A stretch of 28,946 nt of DNA from the IMG/VR virus record IMGVR_UViG_3300025614_000204, positions 1 to 28,946 of that record; one strand, 5' to 3'. A model generated the notes under the pieces. The model had not been told where the DNA came from and ran no database searches. It saw nothing but the letters and a program-made list of their open reading frames with translations. This document shows, piece by piece, positions 16,965 through 24,846 of this stretch. A program made the translations under genes and the position numbers. This stretch comes from a virus. Taxonomy: Duplodnaviria > Caudoviricetes. Numbering within the stretch: position 1 is the stretch's first letter; every line of letters begins with the position of its first letter.

Positions 16965-17138
16965 TTACACTTCCCAGTAAGGTTCTCCACCCATACTACC
17001 TGATTGAGATTTACCTTTAGGAGCAGAACCTTTATAGAATGCTCCAGTGTTTGCATCACGCAATAATTGTTGCTTTGCTACTTTCTTTACATTTTCAGTT
17101 ACTTTTTCAGTTACTGTCTTTTTCTTATTCTTAGCCAT
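16965..17138 (-). CDS. Small basic hypothetical protein, 57 aa (not in ORF track)
   Basis: MAKNKKKTVTEKVTENVKKVAKQQLLRDANTGAFYKGSAPKGKSQSGSMGGEPYWEV; AAGGA SD. Confidence 0.7.
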   Translation of the reverse strand: MAKNKKKTVTEKVTENVKKVAKQQLLRDANTGAFYKGSAPKGKSQSGSMGGEPYWEV

Positions 17139-17152
17139 GATATTTCCTTGTA

Positions 17153-17311
17153 TTAATTAGAAGAAGTTGCCTTACGGTCTGCCTGAACAACTGGTTCTCT
17201 ATTGTATTTAGTTTTAGAAGCAATAAGTTCATTTTGAATTTTTGCTTTCTTAGCATTTTCAATCATTCTTAAATGACGAAGGTTGCCTTTATGTTTATCT
17301 AATAATCCCAT
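17153..17311 (-). CDS. Small basic hypothetical protein, 52 aa (not in ORF track)
   Basis: MGLLDKHKGNLRHLRMIENAKKAKIQNELIASKTKYNREPVVQADRKATSSN; GAGGAG SD. Confidence 0.7.
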   Translation of the reverse strand: MGLLDKHKGNLRHLRMIENAKKAKIQNELIASKTKYNREPVVQADRKATSSN

Positions 17312-17322
17312 TATATACTCCT

Positions 17323-19662
17323 CTATTTAGTGAACCAAATTTCAACAGAATCGTCTTTATAAGATGATGAGTCTGATTGCCATTTGGCGTAATATTGTGT
17401 TGCACCTTGCAACTTAATTTCTTTTTTAACTGCTGGAATAGTACCTTTACCTTTTGCACCAGCATATGTCTTCTTAGCAGTCTTTTGAAATGCTTTGATT
17501 TTATCCATTGCATCTCTAGTACCACGAGTACCGTCTCTTTCATCAACACCATCAATTAATAGTGCCATTGAATACTTCTCGTTTCTAACTGCACCAACAA
17601 AACCTTTTGCTTTTGCTTCAATCAATCCTCTTAATTCTTTGAATGATTTTCTTTCAACTGCTTCATTAATACCTTTCATGTCAGCAACGAATCCTTGAGA
17701 TTTAGCATATGCAATTACATCATCTGCTTTCTTAAATCCAATATGCATCCACTTGCCTTTTTTAACAATTTCAGCACCTTTAGGTAATTTGTTTCTTTCA
17801 TTATGCTTTTCAAATGCCATTATAAACATACCATCTTTCTTAGTACCAGTTATAATTTGCTTACCCTTATGTCTTAATGATAATGTAACACCAACAGTGG
17901 TTTTACCAACTACTTGTAAATCATATTGACCTTTTTTAGACAATGAAAATCCTTCATCAAGGTCAACAGATTCTTTAATTAAATCAGTTGATGTTAAAAT
18001 ATCAATTACTGTTTTCTTTGTTTTATCTAATTTAACATGAGCTTTTTGTCTTGCGGCAATACCACCAATCAATTTAGTTATTTTTCCCGTTTGCCCATGG
18101 TAACTAGATTTATCATCTACGAATTTTACTTTATCACCAACTTTAAAATCACGAATAGAACCTCTGTCGTATGCTTCGTCAAGTTCAACAGATTCAATTA
18201 AATTCTTTTTAAGGTATTTTACAGCATCAACACCACTCAATGGAGTAGTCATATTATTTTTGCTCGGAATAGTCCAAGTCAATGTAGTATTTTTATTAAC
18301 AGTTGCTGGGTTTACTTTACCACCTTTTGATTGACCATGGGCAACTGCTTTCTTTCCGTAGAAAATTGTGAAAGTTGAACCCTTTCCATTACGTTGCATC
18401 ATATATCCACTATCTTTGAAGATTTGTAGATTAGCACCTTCGTCAAGTTCAACTGATTCTTTAACAACTTTAAGTGTCTTATAAACTTTTTTGCCACGTA
18501 GGTCTGTTGCTTTAGTCAATTTCCAATGTTTATTATCAGCATCTTTTTGAGTTTTCAAAATACCTGACTTAAATTTCTCACCAGAAGTAGTAACACCAAC
18601 CACTCGAAAACCTTCTTCAATTTCAACTGACTCATTGGCTTTCTTTAATACATGAGCAATAATATCTTCATCAGCTAAACCTTTCTTAATCTTTTCGATT
18701 TGAGCATAAGCTTTATCATAGTTACCTGTAGATTTACGTGCAATACCAATAGCTTTTTTCATTTGAGCTTGGCTGAACACTTCATCAAGTTCAACTGATT
18801 CGTTAATTTTAGTCCAAGTGTCAAATTGAGATATAGGCATTAAAGATTGTTTCTTGCCTTTTTTCTTAACTGTAACTTTCTTGCCGCTGACAGCTATTAC
18901 CTTTAATGTTAATTTGTTCTTTTCAAATTCATCGCCAACTTTCACATCAGTATTGCCGTATCCTGCGGGTTTTGATTCTTCAACTGATTCCATACGACCT
19001 TTAACTTTGAATACTTTATATTCACCACCTACACGGTCAACTGCGTTACCACGTTTAGCATACTTATCTGCTTCTGCTTTAGATTTAAAGGTTTTAAACT
19101 TATCATCTACAGCATTCTTATTACCATTATAGTATTGTACACTGAAATAATCTTCTTCTAACTCAATTTCAACTGATTCACCCAAAGCATTCATTACATA
19201 ATCGGCAACATTGTCAAGTTCTTCTTTACCTAAACCTTCACGTGATAATACTTTCAATACATCTTTATATGATTTAGCATTTTTCTTCTTAGCAAGTGTT
19301 ACATACTTACCGTATCCGCCCCTTTTACCAAAACCAATACCTTTAGCATTTTTCATTGAAACTGCTTCTTCAAGGTCAACCGATTCAGTTGTGCTTCCAG
19401 GAAAGTATTTATTGCCTTTACCACGTTTCTTCTCATCAATAATATTAGCGGCAAGGAATGAAATATGGTCAATCTTAGCATCTCTGATTTGTTTAAGAAC
19501 ATTGTCAGGTAATTTTCTGAATGATTTAACTACTGCTTGGAATTCTTTGCTACTTGTATCAATTTTCTTTTTACCAGAATATTCTTTACGCAACTTATCC
19601 AATTGCGATTTTGAGAAACTTGCTTCGTTAATTTGTGCTTTTAATTCTTTAAATGTTTTCAT
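17323..19662 (-). CDS. Putative internal-head polyprotein: about 10 Lys-rich modules separated by ESV(E/D)L(D/E)E linkers
   Basis: N-terminal MKTFKELKAQINE tag; eight ESVxxxE linkers; unrelated basic modules between them. Confidence 0.75.
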   Translation of the reverse strand: MKTFKELKAQINEASFSKSQLDKLRKEYSGKKKIDTSSKEFQAVVKSFRKLPDNVLKQIRDAKIDHISFLAANIIDEKKRGKGNKYFPGSTTESVDLEEAVSMKNAKGIGFGKRGGYGKYVTLAKKKNAKSYKDVLKVLSREGLGKEELDNVADYVMNALGESVEIELEEDYFSVQYYNGNKNAVDDKFKTFKSKAEADKYAKRGNAVDRVGGEYKVFKVKGRMESVEESKPAGYGNTDVKVGDEFEKNKLTLKVIAVSGKKVTVKKKGKKQSLMPISQFDTWTKINESVELDEVFSQAQMKKAIGIARKSTGNYDKAYAQIEKIKKGLADEDIIAHVLKKANESVEIEEGFRVVGVTTSGEKFKSGILKTQKDADNKHWKLTKATDLRGKKVYKTLKVVKESVELDEGANLQIFKDSGYMMQRNGKGSTFTIFYGKKAVAHGQSKGGKVNPATVNKNTTLTWTIPSKNNMTTPLSGVDAVKYLKKNLIESVELDEAYDRGSIRDFKVGDKVKFVDDKSSYHGQTGKITKLIGGIAARQKAHVKLDKTKKTVIDILTSTDLIKESVDLDEGFSLSKKGQYDLQVVGKTTVGVTLSLRHKGKQIITGTKKDGMFIMAFEKHNERNKLPKGAEIVKKGKWMHIGFKKADDVIAYAKSQGFVADMKGINEAVERKSFKELRGLIEAKAKGFVGAVRNEKYSMALLIDGVDERDGTRGTRDAMDKIKAFQKTAKKTYAGAKGKGTIPAVKKEIKLQGATQYYAKWQSDSSSYKDDSVEIWFTK
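17953..19386 (-). repeat. Eight dispersed ~21-bp in-frame repeats, consensus GAATC(A/T)GTTGA(A/C)CTTGA(C/T)GAA
   Basis: Copies at about 17953, 18175, 18439, 18613, 18781, 18973, 19155, 19366. Confidence 0.85.
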
Positions 19663-19799
19663 TTTCTATTTCCTTGTCTTGCTTCTGAATGTGTCCAACC
19701 CTGTGCTTCTGCCCATTCGGCATCAGTCATCGTTCTTGTTGGAACTTTATCTAAAATTCTTTTCTTTTCTTCTTTGGTTGGAGTCTTTGGTCTACTCAC
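19659..19799 (-). CDS. Small hypothetical protein, 46 aa, GTG start (not in ORF track)
   Basis: MSRPKTPTKEEKKRILDKVPTRTMTDAEWAEAQGWTHSEARQGNRK; stop overlaps polyprotein ATG (ATGA). Confidence 0.55.
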   Translation of the reverse strand: MSRPKTPTKEEKKRILDKVPTRTMTDAEWAEAQGWTHSEARQGNRK

Positions 19800-20058
19800 A
19801 GCAATCCGAGCTGTACCCTAATACGTTAGTCATTTCTGAATTAGTAATAGTAGTCATCACACCATTGCCTAAATCAAATACACCAATATTTGCACCCTTA
19901 TCGTGTTTCTTAATTTCCTCGTTAGTCAAAACGTCAGAATCTACACCATTATTTAATCCACTTAAATCAGCAACTCTGGTAAATTGACGCAATTTATCAT
20001 CAATAATACATCTAACTACACTTTCATCAAGTTTCTTTACTAAATCTTTTTTTGTCAT
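19792..20058 (-). CDS. Hypothetical protein, paralog of adjacent gene, possibly Sm/SH3-like
   Basis: VRCIIDDKLRQFTR..IGVFDL aligns with neighbour VRCTVDGVLKQYTR..IGVWEM; TAATG coupling, AGGAG SD. Confidence 0.7.
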   Translation of the reverse strand: MTKKDLVKKLDESVVRCIIDDKLRQFTRVADLSGLNNGVDSDVLTNEEIKKHDKGANIGVFDLGNGVMTTITNSEMTNVLGYSSDCCE

Positions 20059-20384
20059 TACAACTTCTCCTTTGACGAACAACACGACGATTCCTCTTCG
20101 GGCTCGTCTATTCCATGTCCAATAATTTTATCAATCTCTTCGGGGATTATAGTGAAAAACAAATTTGATTGCATTTCCCATACTCCAATTCTTTCGTCAG
20201 TGTCCAAAGACAACAACATATCTCTCCAATACAATTCCGAAACAAAACCACAACTCTTCTCACCTTTATGACAATTACATGTGTCTGCTGTTCCTGCATC
20301 TCTAGTATATTGTTTTAATACACCATCAACCGTACATCTAACTGGACCTAATTCTAATAAGTCTTCTAATTCTTCGTTTGACAT
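20058..20384 (-). CDS. Hypothetical Cys-rich protein, paralog of adjacent gene
   Basis: Shared motifs with 19792-20058; CNCH..C insert and SSCC tail. Confidence 0.7.
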   Translation of the reverse strand: MSNEELEDLLELGPVRCTVDGVLKQYTRDAGTADTCNCHKGEKSCGFVSELYWRDMLLSLDTDERIGVWEMQSNLFFTIIPEEIDKIIGHGIDEPEEESSCCSSKEKL

Positions 20385-20572
20385 TTGCATTCTTTACCAC
20401 CTTTTTCACATTTATTCATTATTAATTTATACGTCAATAACCAAAAGGCAATTGAAGTAAATATCATCAATCCAAACGATAACCATCCGTTAGTTTGAAC
20501 GAACAACGTTACCGAAGCACTACCAAATCCCAAAAATGCTAATACTGCTAACGTCCAACAAATAGGACACAT
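20366..20572 (-). CDS. Small two-helix membrane protein with CPxC and CxC
   Basis: MCPICW, two hydrophobic stretches, C-terminal C...CKC. Confidence 0.7.
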   Translation of the reverse strand: MCPICWTLAVLAFLGFGSASVTLFVQTNGWLSFGLMIFTSIAFWLLTYKLIMNKCEKGGKECKCQTKN

Positions 20573-21492
20573 TACTTAACTGTATCTGATAATGCTTTCT
20601 GAAAATCAGACTTAGGAATATTATTAATTACCCAATGATAAAGTTGTTTCATTACTTTATCTTCTTTAGTCATTGGTTTGCCACGTTTCTTCAACGTCAA
20701 GTAAGTAAAGTCTTTAACAACAGGTCCATTTACCTTGCCACTTATTTTAGATGTTCTATCATTGCTTGAAGGAGTAAACATAACGGTGTTTTCTTTGTTA
20801 TTTAAAATAACGTGAATTTCACCATTGATTGCCATTTTCTTACCCTTACCAGTAACATACTTGTAAACAGTTTCTGAAGCGCCTTGATGAGTTGCTAACA
20901 TAATATCAGAAGCAACAACACGTTCCCTATCAGCGTTTTGTTTAATAGCAATTTCATAATCAGTTAATACCCATACAAGATGAATATTAGCAGGATTATA
21001 ACCAGCCTTTAATAAACGTGGCATAAACTGTTCAACGTCTTTAGTATCTTTTGCGGTAATATCAAACATAATATTAGGCAATTTCTTACGGTCTTTCAAT
21101 TGGTCAAGCATTACGTCAAGGGTCTTATTCTTAAGATTAAGTTTCTTAACAAACATATGTAACTTACCAACGTCGGCAGGTTTCTTTAGATCTAAACCTC
21201 TAATCTCATCGTACTCACCTTTAGGTATCTTTGAACCAGCACGCATCATTTTGGCATGCTTCTCGGGTTTGTCGATGATGTCAGCAAGTGCCATAAAGGT
21301 TTTCTTCCACTCATCTACATCACGGACTTTAAACTTTTCCTTTTCCATAAAGTTGGATGCAGCGAAACCTTTACCAGAACCAGCACCACCTGCTAAGAAA
21401 ACGATCTGTCCATCTTTACGACCGTTGTTCAGCATAATGAGTTTCTCATCAAGTTGTTGCTGTTCTACTAAATGTTGTTTAAATGTTTTCAT
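20572..21492 (-). CDS. P-loop kinase (zeta-toxin/AAA_33/Pnk-like) with N-terminal tag
   Basis: IVFLAGGAGSGKG Walker A, DVD, IMFD Walker B, NADRER lid; starts MKTFKQHLVE. Confidence 0.75.
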   Translation of the reverse strand: MKTFKQHLVEQQQLDEKLIMLNNGRKDGQIVFLAGGAGSGKGFAASNFMEKEKFKVRDVDEWKKTFMALADIIDKPEKHAKMMRAGSKIPKGEYDEIRGLDLKKPADVGKLHMFVKKLNLKNKTLDVMLDQLKDRKKLPNIMFDITAKDTKDVEQFMPRLLKAGYNPANIHLVWVLTDYEIAIKQNADRERVVASDIMLATHQGASETVYKYVTGKGKKMAINGEIHVILNNKENTVMFTPSSNDRTSKISGKVNGPVVKDFTYLTLKKRGKPMTKEDKVMKQLYHWVINNIPKSDFQKALSDTVK

Positions 21493-21493
21493 A

Positions 21494-21700
21494 TTATTTT
21501 GTAACAGAAATCTTAAATTTAGTGATTACTTCTTTTGCTTTCTTTAAATGCTTAGCGTCATATTTAGCTCCATTACGACTATCTTCATATTCGTTCCAAG
21601 CAATCATTGCTTTAACGTTATCTGCCTGAGCAATCGTATTCACTAAACTTTCAACACGTTTTTTCATGTTCTCTGTTAAATGTTGTCTAAATGTATTCAT
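21494..21700 (-). CDS. Small putative internal head protein
   Basis: MNTFRQHLTE tag; late promoter and AAGGA SD upstream. Confidence 0.7.
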   Translation of the reverse strand: MNTFRQHLTENMKKRVESLVNTIAQADNVKAMIAWNEYEDSRNGAKYDAKHLKKAKEVITKFKISVTK

Positions 21701-21725
21701 CTTAATATCCTTTTAATTCTATCAA

Positions 21726-21733
21726 TATTTATA
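21726..21733 (-). promoter_or_regulatory. T4-type late promoter TATAAATA
   Basis: Exact intergenic match. Confidence 0.75.
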
Positions 21734-21737
21734 ATAA

Positions 21738-23024
21738 TTAAACTTTCAATTTTGGGTCGTTAGTTTTGAAATTCTTCTTTCTCATAACGGTTTTTGCTAC
21801 TAAATCAAACTCATCCATATTCGGATCGTAGTTTAATACAAACGGTAAATTAATATCTGTTTGTAAATCATTTAATACTGCTTCAGTGTCGTCACCCATC
21901 TTGGCAATTTTCTTTCCGTGTTTCTTATATGTTTGTTTAAATAACCTAGTCAATTCAGCAACTGTAATTTCTTTACCGTTGCGAGCATCATTAACCCTAT
22001 CAAGGAAATGTTTAGTAAATTCAACGTCAATACCAACCTTAGCAAATACTTTATCAGCAAAACGTTCTACTGTATCTAAGTCGATCTTACTAATTTGTTC
22101 CGTTAAATTAAAATCTTCAAAACTTTCATATCTAGTTTTTTTATCTAATACTTTTTTCAATTCTTTAGTAGAAATACCAACCATTTGTGCAGCCTTTGCT
22201 AACGCAAGTCCTTTTGGATTCATTACCATAATACCAGATGAATTTTGAGATTCAGGAGACCGATTATAATGCTGAATCATAGAATGATACAACTTCATTG
22301 CTTGTTTATACTTCTTCTCGTGTACAGCACGATTGAACGTATGCATTGTTTTCTTGCCAATGATTGCTTTGAATATATCTTTTAAAGTACCTTCCATAAT
22401 TTCCCCTGGAGTTTTCTTTTTGTACTCTTTAGTAGTTTCATCAGTACCAATTTCAAGGTATTCGCTGATTCCCATACCAGACTTAACATCATTAAAGAAG
22501 TTTTCACCATCTTTCTTTGAGACACCTTTAGGTAAACCTTTGACGAATGAGTTCATATCACCATTCTTTACGTGATTTCTCATATCAGTACCAGATACAC
22601 CTTCTTTACGATTGCCTGAATTTACTACTTTAAATTTTTCAAATCCATAATCTTCGACATACGGTCTAATACGTTTCTCAAATTCAGCAACTCTATCACC
22701 ACCTACAACCATTGTAACATCTTTATACCCTTGTTCGGATAACCAATCGAGTACGTGGAATGGAGTTTTGATTTTAGTATTTTTGATAATAGTTGCTTTT
22801 TTGAAGAACTTCTTCAAATACTTAATCTTTTGATTATAATCAAGAGGATTCTTTTTAGCATCTTGAGAGGCTGAAGTGAATATCATTCCTTCTCCACCTT
22901 TTGCAGTTTTAACTACGAAGTCAATTAATTCTCCATGACCTTTAGTGATAGGATTAAACCTACCAAACGTAAACGCAACTGGTTTATTCTGTGCTTCAGT
23001 AATATGTTGTATAAATGTTTTCAT
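21738..23024 (-). CDS. HxGH-family nucleotidyltransferase ('cytidyltransferase'-like) fused to a C-terminal RegB/RelE-like domain
   Basis: FTFGRFNPITKGH, KNPL, VVGGDR, VSGTDMR; C-terminal EFTKHFLDR..KTVMRK; starts MKTFIQHITE. Confidence 0.8.
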   Translation of the reverse strand: MKTFIQHITEAQNKPVAFTFGRFNPITKGHGELIDFVVKTAKGGEGMIFTSASQDAKKNPLDYNQKIKYLKKFFKKATIIKNTKIKTPFHVLDWLSEQGYKDVTMVVGGDRVAEFEKRIRPYVEDYGFEKFKVVNSGNRKEGVSGTDMRNHVKNGDMNSFVKGLPKGVSKKDGENFFNDVKSGMGISEYLEIGTDETTKEYKKKTPGEIMEGTLKDIFKAIIGKKTMHTFNRAVHEKKYKQAMKLYHSMIQHYNRSPESQNSSGIMVMNPKGLALAKAAQMVGISTKELKKVLDKKTRYESFEDFNLTEQISKIDLDTVERFADKVFAKVGIDVEFTKHFLDRVNDARNGKEITVAELTRLFKQTYKKHGKKIAKMGDDTEAVLNDLQTDINLPFVLNYDPNMDEFDLVAKTVMRKKNFKTNDPKLKV

Positions 23025-23287
23025 TACTTAAACGAGTCCTTTGCCCAAGTCAATTTACTGAATGATCTATCTTTACCACGTGCGTTTTGAATTGCTTTGC
23101 CGTCTTTAAAAGCAAAGAAGTATTTTTCTGAACGTGAAGTGCCGACTTTAATGATAACATCTTTACCATTAACGTATTCTAATTCTGGAGACCAAGTCTT
23201 TAGGTCAATCAACTTCTCATTCTCTTTAGAGACTGTCTTGTTCATCTTCCAACCTTCGTTTATGTATAATTCAAACGATTTCATCAT
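23024..23287 (-). CDS. Small putative internal head protein
   Basis: MKSFELYINE tag; basic. Confidence 0.7.
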   Translation of the reverse strand: MMKSFELYINEGWKMNKTVSKENEKLIDLKTWSPELEYVNGKDVIIKVGTSRSEKYFFAFKDGKAIQNARGKDRSFSKLTWAKDSFK

Positions 23288-23607
23288 TCTTCCTCCAAAT
23301 CTCTTGGTTTACGTTTAGACCCTTTAAGTCTACTCTTTTCTGCCTTGCCTCTATTTGTAGAGACATCTTCATATCCTACGATCTTACCATTAACATGAGA
23401 TGCATCCATCCCTTTATGTTCAGGTTTTCTGTGCTTTCTGTTATATCTATTCAATTCCCCACGATAGTTTTTTCGTTCATCGGACGATTGAAACTTATCA
23501 TACTCTTTTCTATAATCACGTAGATGACACCACTTACATCCAGGAACTGGTTTTAGTGATTTCTTTTCTTCAATAGCGCAAAAGTCTTTAAATGTAAAGG
23601 GTTTCAT
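23284..23607 (-). CDS. Small HNH-like (beta-beta-alpha-metal) protein
   Basis: RDYRKEY..R..NR..DASH..NR pattern of small phage HNH-like proteins; CKWC. Confidence 0.55.
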   Translation of the reverse strand: MKPFTFKDFCAIEEKKSLKPVPGCKWCHLRDYRKEYDKFQSSDERKNYRGELNRYNRKHRKPEHKGMDASHVNGKIVGYEDVSTNRGKAEKSRLKGSKRKPRDLEEE

Positions 23608-23608
23608 A

Positions 23609-24829
23609 TTATCCCCAACTCTTAATTGCGTTAAAGTTTGCTTGACTAAATTCTAGTCTATCAACTAACTTAACTGCACTATTCGATAACGTATCAATTG
23701 CAACAAACCCTTCTGGACCAGTTACTTTATAACCAGTGGTCGTCTTAATGAAAGCAGGAATACTGTTTACTGTTTCTAATTTCTTGACAATCATCATCTT
23801 AATATCAACTACTGCATTATGCCATTCTAGTGCATGGGCAAAAGTTCCTGCCATTTTACCAGAACGTAGTTCTTTAAGGAATCCGTCTAATTCTTTTTGT
23901 TTCTTTTCTTTACCCTTTTCGCTCTTCAGTTTATCAATTTTCTTTTTGTAGTCTGATGTTACAAAATCAATAAACGTACCAACTGCTTCTTGTTTCTTAG
24001 TAAACTTTTGACCTTGTCTTACTTGAGCATTGATGTAAACTTTAACCAATTTAGATAATGAAGTTTTTCCAAATAATTTACCCATTGATGTTCTATCAAG
24101 TAATCCAAGTTCTTTATGAGCATTTGCTAATAATTTTTTAATAGTTGTCATCTCTTTCTTAGTCATCGTAGATGTACCAGACGTATCACGGAACGTAGTA
24201 TCAGTAAACCACACAGACGATTGTTTAGTGAAATTACTAAGACTAATATTGAAATTAGCAGACAAATCAGCAATAGTATCACCAGTATAAGTTGTATGCC
24301 AAATCACACCTGCTTTTGCTTTACTAATAGTTTTTTGTAAATCCGATCCCATAGGAACTGCATACGTAATAGTATTAGGAGTAAACGTCAAATAAGATTC
24401 ACCGTCAATAGTTTCTTTTTTAAGGTCTTCGGGAGTAAACATGAAGTCGCCTTGAAAGATACCTTTCATTTTCATCTTAGGAAATTCTTTAAGGGCAACT
24501 TTTAATTTATCAGCAAGTCCACCAGAGTGATTCTTATCGATATCAGCATTAGTGTAATTGATTTTAGGTGTCTTATTGAATATAGACTTAGAACCAACAA
24601 AGAACTTACCGTTCTCTGGGTCATACCCCGCAATGATTGCTGGAGCACCATCCACTTTTGCCTGTATATTTACAGCACGTTTTGAATGACCTTCTAAAGA
24701 ATGAGCAACGTCGTCAAGTATTTGAAGAGCCTGTTTGGCACCATCAACACCGAAGTCAAAGATTGCGTCTTCAACATGCTCGAGATGAGTTAGTTTTTCT
24801 TCGGTGATGTATGACTTAAATGATTTCAT
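23609..24829 (-). CDS. Ligase-fold covalent nucleotidyltransferase-like protein (recalled as DUF6267-type) with N-terminal tag
   Basis: HLEHVED, motif I KVDG, SKS, FQGDF, EGFV, VKLVDR; starts MKSFKSYITE. Confidence 0.7.
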   Translation of the reverse strand: MKSFKSYITEEKLTHLEHVEDAIFDFGVDGAKQALQILDDVAHSLEGHSKRAVNIQAKVDGAPAIIAGYDPENGKFFVGSKSIFNKTPKINYTNADIDKNHSGGLADKLKVALKEFPKMKMKGIFQGDFMFTPEDLKKETIDGESYLTFTPNTITYAVPMGSDLQKTISKAKAGVIWHTTYTGDTIADLSANFNISLSNFTKQSSVWFTDTTFRDTSGTSTMTKKEMTTIKKLLANAHKELGLLDRTSMGKLFGKTSLSKLVKVYINAQVRQGQKFTKKQEAVGTFIDFVTSDYKKKIDKLKSEKGKEKKQKELDGFLKELRSGKMAGTFAHALEWHNAVVDIKMMIVKKLETVNSIPAFIKTTTGYKVTGPEGFVAIDTLSNSAVKLVDRLEFSQANFNAIKSWG

Positions 24830-24834
24830 ACATA

Positions 24835-24842
24835 TATTTATA
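24835..24842 (-). promoter_or_regulatory. T4-type late promoter TATAAATA, 5 nt before ATG
   Basis: Exact match between helicase stop and first gene of the tagged block. Confidence 0.75.
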
Positions 24843-24846
24843 ATAA

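Noticed and set aside
17295-17555. 86-aa minus-strand ORF in track
   Set aside because: Overlaps the polyprotein end in another frame; the SD-backed ORF starting at 17311 explains the region better.
17953-19386. Spaced repeats as a CRISPR array or integron attC array
   Set aside because: Repeats are degenerate, in frame and protein-coding, with variable ~150-250 bp spacing; no cas or integrase gene in the window.
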